The notes under the pieces were generated by a model that saw only the letters and a list, made by a program, of their open reading frames with translations, ran no database searches and had not been told where the DNA came from. A stretch of DNA of 57,529 nucleotides, filler included, from Catajapyx aquilonaris (Eukaryota), in the NCBI GenBank assembly GCA_000934665.2. It is 2 parts of 2 records of this genome, joined end to end, with 100 filler letters (N's around TTAATTAATTAA, not from the genome) between each part and the next. Parts side by side here need not be neighbours in the genome. Positions count along the whole stretch, not along the records: positions 28,820 to 57,529 come from JYFJ02004883.1; 1 more part is not named here. One strand, 5' to 3'. The position numbers and the translations under genes were made by a program. Below are positions 47,118-57,529 of the stretch, piece by piece (the first letter of the stretch is position 1; the number at the start of each line of letters is the position of its first letter).

Positions 47118-48317
47118 CTTGTATCTCCACACTGGCGCCTTTTAGTTATAGATACAGAGTATGTGTGTTCATACTGCAAAAGAGACCATTTCCCTTTTTT
47201 CGTTAGATTTACAGTGACATGTTCAGAACTATAGCTCACTTTAATTACAGTTTCTTATTTAGCGCGGGGTGACATATTTACCATCTATATTTTATCGGAC
47301 TCTCTCTCTCTCTCTCTCAACATTAATGAATAATTCGTTATGAAGGGCAAACTACAATGTCATTCATATATATTAAGTGACATGGCTTACTTCTTTGTGT
47401 TACGTTTATAAATACCTTAATATTACTTTATATTTTCCAAGCTGCATATTTCAATACACATATAATAAGTCATTATAAACAATTATAAATAATTATGAAT
47501 AACAATAAGTGATTATAAAGAAATCCCTTGTCATATTGTTGACTTAGTAGACGCCTAAGTCGAATAGCGAATAAGTGCTATGCACCGTCTTCGTTACTGT
47601 CTTTAGGCTAGATAAACACCACAAAATCTTTTTCAATAAAATTGAGTGAATGACATTCTTTGTATAATACTTTGAGTAAATATAAATGAAAATAACTAGT
47701 AAACAAAAGGCCGTATTACTATAGTTTACTATAGGGTTTATTATAGGGAGTAATGGGTATAATGAGGATGATGTTTGTAATGGTATAGTGTTTTTCAACG
47801 CAGGCGAGAGTGATCAGTTCAAGCCAATATTGCGTCTATGAATAGGGTTATGAATAATGAATGATGTGAGGACATAGGGAAAAGTCATGACTTGCACTTC
47901 CACTTAACTGTCATAGGATGCATCCTTATTTTAAACATCTTACTTACGGGTACACTTATTATTATAGTTATACACTGTTTATTTTATTTACAACCGGACG
48001 GCTTACCTTATATGACTAGAATAACATGAAGTGAATCGCAATTAGTTGCCATTACGATTCACACTAAACCACTGGAAGCATAACCTACTAATAAATCACA
48101 GCACTTTTAGAGCTGGAAACATTCACATGCATATTTCAGGCATATTCCATGCCCCTTCTAATGTTTACATATCCCCTCTTGCACACAAAAGAAATCTGCT
48201 GACTGCTTTCATAACCACAATTGATACTATAGTTTCATTGATTTATCATATACTCTCTTCATACTTTATAATTGATATATTTTAATGAGGTTGGCCCAGC
48301 ATTGCCTTTCAACCTCC

Positions 48318-48500
48318 AAGGATAGGGAAGGAAGGAAGCGGCTGTGGCCTATTATACGGAAGCAACCCCGGAATTATCCTAGAAAGACCGTGGAAAACCA
48401 CAGAAAACCACGGTCAAGGTTGCCGGCCCCGGGATTCGAACCCAGGACCTCCCGATTAGCAGTCGGACGCCTTATCCACTATGCCAACCTGCTTCGGTAC
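48318..48500 (-). mobile_element. tRNA-derived SINE (family A), nested in the TIR element
   Basis: Minus strand TGGCATAGTGG (A box), GGGTTCGAATCCC (B box), GCT anticodon-like loop; body matches 25008-25299. Confidence 0.85.
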
Positions 48501-49281
48501 TCTCTTCATACAGAATATTAAATTACTGTCGACATTATTAATTATTTATACTGCAGTTTTCCTCTATATCTCTTTTCTCTATTAATCATTGTTTTAATCT
48601 TGGCCGGCCATACTCATCCTCTTTACGCATTTTCCTACATACCGCTGGGCTCTTCTGTCGATCTTCTCTTCGTTCCTCTGTAATTGTTTCTTGTTTCTTT
48701 CTGTAATGTAAAAATATTTATATTCGCATGAAGATGTTAGTATTTTCTCTCAGTCCCCCAAAATCACATAATTTGCGATTGACCTTACGACAGTACGACA
48801 GAAATTCCACAAATTTGTTTTCAGAAAGGAGATTTCATGAGTAGTAAATTGGTAATTGCTTGAGTAAGACCTATGGTACAGCTTAAATCAATTGGTGAAG
48901 GTCTTACGTGCGCCTGCCTTGTTTCAGTACTTTTATTCCGCCGCGGTCTTACTTCTCTTTTTTTTACTGAAGGGAAAGTTTTTGATCTAATTTATTTTGT
49001 AATGTAATTTTTTGTGGGTGCAGGTGCATGTGGTAAGCCTATACAGTGACGTTTTATTCTTAAACATAGGGTACAGAAGAGCAATAAACTCTATGCAGCA
49101 CTGATCAGTGCTCAAAGAACATACGTGTCAAAATTTTCTTCTTGCACCTCTGAGGCCAATATTTCCAAGACTGCTGTTTAAATTTCAAGATGTCATACAA
49201 TTAAAGGTAAATAAGGGTGTGTTCTAAGACGAATCCATGTGTCCCATTTTGCCTCTCTTGCATCTGATCAATATTATACTT

Positions 49282-49967
49282 GAAGAGCACAGGGGAAAAA
49301 GGGGGAATGTCAAATTCCATTGGGGTTCCTGCCAAGTGCACAGTACAATAGTAGCATAGGTGACACTTATACCTGGAAGCTTTCCATGGGTACAAGGGTG
49401 ACAGTTGCATACAGGGTGTATCAAAACTCTACCATAAGCCATATGCCAATGGCATAAGGGGCACCAGGGGATCAATTAATGTAGAGGAGTCATTATGTCT
49501 GGGCAGCCTCATTACTGAGATAATTGATCATTTGCGTTTTAGCAATTGGGCCTAAGAGTGATTGTCACAGATTGTCACAGATGGTCACAAATTGTCACAG
49601 ATCACATGCGACATGCAGTACACATGCGACATGCTAGTAGCTAAATGGAAAAGCTGCTATTTTCGCGAGTGATGCGTTGTCGGGGCTGAAGGTTTCCATA
49701 CCTCCCAGGATACTTTGTACTACGTGTTTGAAGGCAATTATCTCCGTAATGAGGCGGCCTAGAGATGATGACCCCTCTACATATAATGATGCTCTGGGGC
49801 CCCTTATGCCATTGGCATATGGCTTATGGTAGAGTTTTGATACACCCTGTATAATGACGTGAAGATATCCCTATTATTCTTTATACACGTGAAGAAATAA
49901 AGCTATTTCTTCGATTTTTCATGGACATTTTTTGTGTGACATTCCCCCTTTTTCCCCTGTGCTCTTC
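49282..49967. mobile_element. Sola-like MITE with 4-bp TSD, containing a nested TA-MITE
   Basis: ACTT|GAAGAGCACAGGGGAAAAAGGGGGAATGTCA ... TGACATTCCCCCTTTTTCCCCTGTGCTCTTC|ACTT. Confidence 0.85.
49412..49849. mobile_element. Tc1/mariner-type MITE
   Basis: TA|CAGGGTGTATCAAAACTCTACCATAAGCCATATGCCAATGGCATAAGGG is perfectly inverted at the right end, followed by TA. Confidence 0.88.
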
Positions 49968-50003
49968 ACTTGATCTCGAAAAGAGCGGATCCAGAGGAGT
50001 ATG

Positions 50004-50519
50004 TGTTATCATTCCCTGGTCAACTAAATGTTAACAAGGTTAACCCTCCCTTTCCATGCGGAATGATCTGGGTTCTTTAATACAAAATAAAGTGAATCGA
50101 CTTCAATGAATAACAATCACTTGGTTTTAATGTTCAGGTTGGTTTTACAATGGTAGTGTTCAAAATTAATGGTACAATAACTTGCCTACAGGATGGTCAT
50201 CACGATCAATAGTACACACATATGAAACGATACTCTACTATCTTGGGTCCTCCTCCGTCAGCGGTCACCAGTGGACTTCCTTCCTTCCAGACACTTCACT
50301 TCAGCACCTTTCTCACTTCTGCCCCATGACTAGACTGCCCTTGGTCACTCCAGTTGTTCCTTTTATGCCCTCTGTTTCTCCAGTTGTTCGTCATTCTCCT
50401 CCCTCTTCTTGGTCAATCCTCCCTGGCCAACGCCTCGGAAGGATTGCCTTACATGGGCATGTTGATACGCCATATAGTCTTTGTTCTCTAGAAACCGCTG
50501 AGTAGGAGCGAACGTTACA
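50004..50519 (-). mobile_element. Probable solo LTR (Gypsy-like)
   Basis: TGTTA...GTTACA ends, flanks TATG/TTTG; minus strand has a GGGCATAAAAGG TATA-like box followed by ATTAAA. Confidence 0.5.
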
Positions 50520-50854
50520 TTTGTTGCTCATACGTGATGCCACCGAGTTACACTTGTTTAGTGGTCAATAACATCCTCTTAATGCTTAGCCATAATGAAC
50601 TCTGTTTTTAGTAATGGGTTACATTTGCAATAGACACTTTATATGTGGGTAACATATCGACGGGTAACATATGGATGGTGACAATCTTCTAAGACCTTGT
50701 TGACAATATACTGAAATTAAAGGCATAATCTTCACACAGATGGCATTGACTTGAGAGCTTGACTGTTATTGTTTTTAATTTAAATAATTGGGTTAGTGCA
50801 CCGCCCTAATTGGGCATCTGTCACGGTACCTTTATTTGCTTAAGATGTACAAGC

Positions 50855-51128
50855 TTTTACAAGTGGTCCTTTTCCGTAACGCCCGGGTACCACGAGCGAA
50901 GGGGGGATGAATAGGAGGGGATGTGCAAAGTGCAAGTGCAATGTCTATAACGGTCATTTTGTGAACTCCCCCGGGTGGCTTAGTCTGTCGGAAATTGCCA
51001 CCCGAAATGAAGCCAGAGATGGCCCAACTCTGCACGGATAAAGGTGGGAACCCCGGGTGGGGATTGAACCCGGGACCTTCATATCCGTGGGCGGCGTGCG
51101 CGTTACCGCGGCGCCACTTCATCTCCCC
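50855..51128 (-). mobile_element. tRNA-derived SINE related to family B
   Basis: Minus strand GTGGCGCCGCGG (A box), CCGGGTTCAATCCC (B box); central TGCAAGTGCAATGTCT shared with 27713-27728. Confidence 0.7.
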
Positions 51129-51168
51129 AACTGTTATTGTTGGTTTGGCAGAGCCAGCAATAATTGCG

Positions 51169-51345
51169 GTATGCTGTGCGGCTTATTGCTGCAACAATAA
51201 CTCGTGTAAATAAGCCACACTGGGCTTTTTTCGGTTCCAAAGTGGTGTGGAGGGGAGGGCCAAATTGTTGGCGGCCGTCAGGACAGTGGAAAAGGGCGGG
51301 AAAAGTTTGGAACCAACGGAACATCAACTGATTTGTGGAGCTCAC
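51169..51345 (+). pseudogene. Degenerate THAP (C2CH) zinc-finger domain, transposon-derived
   Basis: VCCAAYCCNNNSCK*ATLGFFRFQSGVEGRAKLLAAVRTVEKGGKSLEPTEHQLICGAH follows the THAP pattern C-x-C...FFRFP...RRxKW...WxP...ICxxH; in-frame stop, conserved P and W lost. Confidence 0.75.
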
Positions 51346-53014
51346 ACTTTGCCCGAAGTAAACCAATTGCTAGTGTTGGTTTTTCAGGTAGAAGCAGCAG
51401 TGTGACTAATTACATACCGGTGTGTAAAGTTTTTGTGTACATTTTGGTGAGGAGCTGAAGACTTTGCAAGGATAACTTTCGAGTTCACATGGGTATAATA
51501 ATCATTATTATTATTATAGCATGGGACAACTTGCAGCCACATTGTATACTGTACAGTGATGCTATTTTATAATGCTCTGCGGTTTACAATGAACGTACCC
51601 AATTTGTCAACATGTGAAGTAAGGTGAACAACTGATTACAGCTATATTAAATGCACCATAGAAAAGCAATCCTACAAGCATTGGTTACCTATTTCACTGT
51701 TTTGCTGCATTTTCAGATATCTATACAAGCAGTAACAGGTAACTGACAATGTTACATAATTATATCTATTTTTAACACATGAACTTGCAAATACTGTAAT
51801 TATAGGAAGGACTATGCTATAGGAGTTTTAATTGTGGCAGAGCTTTTATAGGAGGACTGTGAAAAATGTCCTGACCTACCCTGACCCCACAACCAAAAGT
51901 TTTACTTTCATCCCACAAAGTACCAAGTACGTATCCCACAAAAATCTTGAAATATCATGCCCACCCCAACCAGTTGACAGGTCTCCGTATATATAGGCAT
52001 GATGTACATGATTGTGCTCCAGATAAATAGCTATACTCAATGAATAAGATCTGCTCACCCTTGGCCACCGCTATAATTCACAAGCCCACCCCAATTCCAC
52101 CTCGACCACACCACTCCTCCACTCAGCTTATTCAGCCAATAATTCCTAACCATACATGACTTTCGGAGAAAAGTAATATTCTATGCATCAGACAAGTGAG
52201 TTACTTTTCAAAAGTGAAAACTATTAATGAAAGTGTAACCAGGACGAGGACTGTCTTAACGCATGGACACTCTGGGCGGTTGCCCATGGCCTCCATGAGC
52301 GCAGAGACCCCATCGCATGCCAATCTGTGTACGTAATATATTGTGATTTGCTGTCAATACATCAATAAACACTACCAGTACGTATCTGTGCCGGCTAGCT
52401 CATGGGGCGTGTGTTGTACACAAACACAGGTACCATAATACCCAAAGCGACTGCATGATGGTTTGCATGTTGTCTTGTCACACACATTTTTTATAGGTCT
52501 TTGTTTTCCATCAAGGCTTATTGTGACAAAGGCTTGTGATAAAGACGTGAAACTCGGTACACTAGTTCTTTGGACGCATATAAACATATTTGGACGTGGG
52601 GTCACTATGACCCACCCCGATGGCCACTATCTCTATGAAGAACTATGGTGCACAGTCTTTTAGATATGGCAACCCCGCGATTGTGCCCTCCATCAGGGTG
52701 GGTCATCGTGGCCCCACAGATAGGATCAGAAAAAGTGTCCAAAGAACAAGTGTGCCGAGTTTCATACTTTTGTGACAAAATGCAAAGTTCAAACCCTTAG
52801 CACCCGGACTATTAATTGTAAAAGAATGGTGGATTCGCCAATTATGTGACTTGGAAGGTAGTAGCACTTCAGGATTGCGATTGAGAGAAAATCCAGTCAG
52901 ACTTTCATGCAGTATCAATAACTCTGCACGTGCGAAGCAGTTCAAAAGAATTCAGACTGGGTGCTGCATGTTTATTATGTATTGTGTCGTCACTCATCCC
53001 TCTCCATAATTATT

Positions 53015-53285
53015 GAAGGGGTCGGTGCAATACCGCCCTAACCAACCAAATGACACAAATTGAGTTAAGAACACTTCCATATAGGCCTACTACATACCAC
53101 TCATGTACCGGTATTTAATAAAATACATTGAAATTGTGCTGTTTCTGCAATCGGTCACTGAGAAATCAAATGAAATAAGTCACATGGTATATGGGATGTA
53201 CAGTATGTGGCCTCTCAAATTTTCAACTGCAGTTTTCTCAAAATCAGGTTTGGGAGAGTTATGGCAGTATTGCACCGACCCCTTC
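53015..53285. mobile_element. MITE with GAAGGGG termini (Sola-like)
   Basis: GAAGGGGTCGGTGCAATACCGCC / GGCAGTATTGCACCGACCCCTTC. Confidence 0.8.
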
Positions 53286-53294
53286 AATTATATT

Positions 53295-53535
53295 TGTCAG
53301 GAACCCCCACCTGCGGGGTCCCTGGCTCCGTACTAGCTCACGGGTTCAATCAAACACGGACACCGGATGAGGTATAAATGTAACTGTATTTGGCCACAGG
53401 CCCGCCTGCACAGTCGCAAAGCGGGGAAGGGAATGTTATATCGGGGAAGGGAAAGGGAAGAAGGCGAACCCCCTCCTCCGACATGGTTGCCACTTTCCCG
53501 GCCACCACGTGGCGGAGTTGCCACATGGTGTCACA
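53295..53535 (-). mobile_element. Solo LTR, 241 bp
   Basis: TG...CA ends with 4-bp TSD TATT (53291-53294, 53536-53539); GC-rich body. Confidence 0.6.
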
Positions 53536-54580
53536 TATTACAGAATAACAAGATAATCAACTCCATACTTTCTTGAACGAAAAGCTGCACAGAAATAATA
53601 AATTCTTCAAACTGGGTGTGTCTCGTAAGTACCCTAAACCTGAAAAACTAAATTGTTTCTAATCACATTGTGAGAGATGTGTAGGCTATATCGTCTCATC
53701 TCTTCTAGTCCAGGGCACATACCATTTTACCTGGACATTTAGAGTTGCTAATCGAAAGTTGGAATATATGTTCAATTTGTCACCCTGAACCATATCTGAA
53801 GGTTCCCAAGTGATTGCATGGCATTACCCTGCAATCCTGCAAAAACTGTAACATACCTGCAGTTTTCCTTGAACCTGCATAGAAAGCGAACGCATGGACT
53901 TTGACACTCATTTCTTTTTCCACATTACTTGTTTTGACGTGTGTTGTCATTTAGAGCTGCGTGGAGCCAGGTCTGCATCTGCTTCCAAGAAAGTAATTCA
54001 CCATCGGGGTCGTCATCATCCATGTCCTCATCAGTGCACTGAAAGGTTATGAATAGGGGATTACTTCAAAATTGTTCTGAAATTGCAAGTCTATTAGGTT
54101 CGTGTCAAGGGTCACGAACTTTGACTTGCCAACATGACATGTGTAATAATTTTAATCGGATATTTTTTGTCTGTTATCAGCGGATTATGCGTACCGTTTA
54201 GAATCGAAAGCCACCTTTTTCATGTATGTGGGATGCACAGTTACTGAAATAATCGGGTTATTGTAAGCATCAAAATGGAAGAGTCCTCATTTTTGACCTC
54301 ATCCTTGCTCGTGACCTATATGGACACTAGCGGGTTTTAAAAATATGTCACTTAGACCTTGACAGAATTCGACCATAGGTTCCAAATTTCGAGTTTCTAG
54401 AAACATGTTGGGTGAACATTTGAATTTTGGTTGTATTATCTCACATGGACAGATGGACTGACCTCTGTGACCTGCTTGCAACTTCTATGGCAATGCAGAT
54501 ACAGGTGCAAGGCTTATGTGATTGGCCTTTTTACCACATAAACGAGCCACATAGGCCTTAGGGATCTCTGCAGTATAGGT

Positions 54581-55006
54581 CAAGGGGGTAATCACTGGAC
54601 TGAAAAGTGTACACTGGAGTACCAAATTCAAGGAGTACCAATAAGGAGTAATAAAGAGTGAGGTGTACCTGAGGAGTAGCAGTGGCGTAGGCAGGAAATT
54701 TTTTTCGGGGGGGGGCCCATGGCCGATCGGTCCGTTTCATAATATTGTAACCTATTGTAAGACTTTTTTGACGTATCATAACAGTATTCGAGTCGGAGAG
54801 GGGAGGGGGACAGGGGCGTAACAAGACTCTTGGGGGCCCTGGGGCAAAAAGGTACGCGGGGCCCCCTCCATAGTAGCCTAATACGCAGCAGTGGCGGAGC
54901 CAGGAACTTTTCTGGGGGGGGGGGGGGGGGGGNNNNNNNNGGAGTAGGGTACCTGGGAGTACCCCTCGCAGGTGTACACCGGAGTACCGAAGTGATTACC
55001 CCCTTG
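54581..55006. mobile_element. MITE (16-bp TIR CAAGGGGGTAATCACT) with nested hAT-like G-rich MITE fragments at 54680-54940
   Basis: Perfect outer TIR, internal GGAGTAC repeats; insert starts CAGTGGCGTAGGCAGG and is flanked by GGAGTAG on both sides; contains an N gap. Confidence 0.7.
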
Positions 55007-56419
55007 GTATAGGATAGTTAAGAATATTCTTTATCGTTTTAAAGCGAAAAGCTTCTAAACCATGTAAGTCCACTTACCTGGTTATTGCAGAGAACCCTTC
55101 AATTGAAAAAAAAAATCTCGTGCTTATGCAACAATGTGTGCGCGTTTGGGTGGAGTTCAAGGAGCTTTACAGGTAATCTTCAGGCTATCCAGGCACCCAA
55201 ACCATCGCCACTGACTCCAAATGAAGCTATGCAATCAAAGCAAGCACTATGAAAAAAGAAATTCGGTCTAAGACAACGCGTCCCTTTCCTGCGTGAGTTC
55301 CAGAAAAATTCAAGGTAATGAATAGGTTTTGCAGGCCTGGCAGTAATCAGTGCTAGAAATACGGTACCGAGAGAGAGTCAAGGCTGCCTCGCTTTTCTGT
55401 TTAAAACCTTATTCAAGAGAAACCGATCATTGGGAAATATTCTTATTTGGTTTCGGGGTCTCATGTAACGGAAGCCTGTTACCTGTTAGGCCGTAAAAAA
55501 AATATTCCAACCGAAGCTGAAAAATAGTAATTAGCTTTATTTAAATTAGCATTTTTGTACATACTTATATTAGATTACTTACATAAACTAGATATGCACC
55601 GCACAGAACCATATCTGGCATATACGCATAAGCAACAAACAGTAACATTAATTGGGTGTTTTGAGCTAAAAGCAGATATTAATTGGTCGGGAAAATTTTA
55701 AGATAATAGCATTATCATCTGCATTTCCAACCCATTTGGTATTACAAGAGACTACAATAACATGCGCCATAATCAAACAGGCCACATGCTCAGGTTATCT
55801 TTCTGGTATAGAAAAAAAAAGTCTCCCATCAGGCTTTGCGAGGCTGTGCATGCACTGAAATGTCATGTGACTGTCTCCGGTCATATCACCTCCCACTGGT
55901 TATAAAAATAGGCATGTCGCAGGTTCACTCGCCTTAGTTCACATGTACTGGTGCTGGTGATGGTGCGGCCGGTTTTCCGGGCTACTGCGGAGACTTCATC
56001 ATATGAAGTCAGTGGTAAGTTAATTGTGTGCTTGTGATAGTCTTCTGGGACACTACACGTTCCTAATTATCATTACAGATGCTGCCTGGATAGTGCCAAC
56101 CCATAACAAGCCCGGCCCCCATCGGACCTGAAGTTGACCTCCGCCTCCATCGGATCTCAAGTTGACCTCTTCAGTAAGGTAGTGGGACGTCACATGCAGA
56201 GAGAGGCTCCATTCGGACCGAACAGGTCCAACAGATACACAACTAGGTTCACACACACTCGTTTTGTGAAGAGTTTGGTGCATTTCGTCGCTATACGAAT
56301 GTTTCTCTTCACACGTGTTGTGTGTCAATACTAATTACACTTTTTCTCGTCGAATTATCGGTCAAATGCCCAATGCAATTGACTGAGATTGTAGAGGGGA
56401 TGGGCAGAAGTGTTACGTG

Positions 56420-56640
56420 GAGGTCACCAATGCCGTCGCTGACAATGTCATTTTGGAGGGACCCATATTATGCTAGGCTTCAAATCAAGGATCACGTAGA
56501 CGGCGGCTGTAGTGGTGACTGATGATAACGTGCACTTCACCTCGGAAGGACTGGGTCAAAGGTCGGAGGAGCTGTTTGGTCTTCTCCGATCTGACCAGAG
56601 GCCTTGCGGGGGAGTAGCTTTTTTGGGGGAGTGGAGCCTT
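56420..56640 (+). mobile_element. Highly degraded LTR-retrotransposon pol remnant
   Basis: TNAVADNV (RNase H NxxAD-like) and VVTDDNVHFTSE (integrase IVSDNGxQFTS-like) peptides, then purine tract GGGGGAGTGGAG. Confidence 0.4.
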
Positions 56641-57529
56641 TCTCACTTGGGAAGCGGGAGGGGAGGGTCGCGTATTGTCTGGCCATTTCCTCCGCCCAAT
56701 TGTTGGCGGTGTCAATTTAATGTAACATGTACAATAACCAGACCTGGGTGGGGGGATGGGATGGGAGGGGGGCATTTTGTTAAAACCATCGACTAATTTG
56801 ATTATTTCAAGCATTGCAGGTGTCAGATTGACGTGGGAGGACCATTGTTGCCGGAGGACCCATTGTTGCTGGAAGACCGAGCAAATTCTTGGTGAGTTGA
56901 CATTTCCATTTAATTTTTGCCTGGTAACTTGCACAAAACCTGTCGGCTATTTTAGTTTGAAATGGCATTCATGAGGAGAGTAGCCTCTCGTGAATACCAT
57001 TACAATAAAATGGGTCTGGAGGTTTTGCAAGTTACGGTTGAAGTTCTGGATGAGACTAATATTCTTGTTCTCGTCGTGTTTTGAGGTTAGGTAGGGCTTA
57101 TTCGCCTCATTAGCAGAACGACAACCTGAAATAGTGTAAATGTGTGTGTGTAATTCATGATGGGTCATATGAACGTAAGCTAACCTACCAGCTGTGTTTC
57201 AGGTGCAGCTCATCCAGGCACAGCAGCGGAATGGCCATACGTATCCTTTTCAATAATGAAATCATATGGTTTTAATTGAGTGTTTAAACTGGTCCTCTTT
57301 TTTCCAGCACAGGAGCTTCAGCAAAAACCCTGGCTCACATTGGATGAAATATTGGACTGAATTGAAAGACGGAACAACTGATTCAATTTGGCCAATGCTG
57401 CCTGGATGACGACGGTAATTAAATCATTGTTATCTAATACATATTTCTAGACGTATGTCTGTCTCTCCTGTTATTCGCTATGCAAATCCGTACGGAGGCC
57501 CCGACATATGCCCCAGGGGTTTCACTAGG

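Larger units (their letters stand above)
45031..48993. mobile_element. ~3.95 kb TIR element without recognisable transposase, carrying cargo
   Basis: 45031-45173 is the reverse complement of 48854-48993 (one 3-bp indel); TIR holds three GTAAGACC motifs; possible AATT TSD with AG...CT ends; internal 56-bp direct repeat at 45808-45863 and 48727-48782. Confidence 0.8.

Overview
Eukaryotic, most likely insect/arthropod, draft-genome DNA that is intron- and transposon-rich. The window is two pieces joined at 28720-28819 by an artificial spacer (N44-TTAATTAATTAA-N44), so adjacency across that point cannot be assumed. Both halves share repeat families, so they probably come from one species. Left half: at least three in-frame 5' coding exons on the minus strand (6332-2946) of a probable encore/R3HDM/ARPP21-family gene, whose R3H-SUZ part lies off the left edge, plus a dense set of MITEs, foldback elements and tRNA-derived SINEs. 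Right half: a complete 15-exon iRhom (inactive rhomboid, RHBDF/rho-5) gene on the plus strand, 30911-40571, 852 aa by my splicing. It keeps both rhomboid catalytic-position residues (GPSG Ser and TM6 His). Its last intron holds a tRNA-Gln-body gene with a remodelled CTC anticodon loop. Downstream lie a ~3.95 kb element with near-perfect ~140 bp terminal inverted repeats carrying an orphan ORF, probable solo LTRs, a dead THAP domain and further nested MITEs. No prokaryote-type system (CRISPR, operon) is present. All calls were made by eye; no database search was possible.
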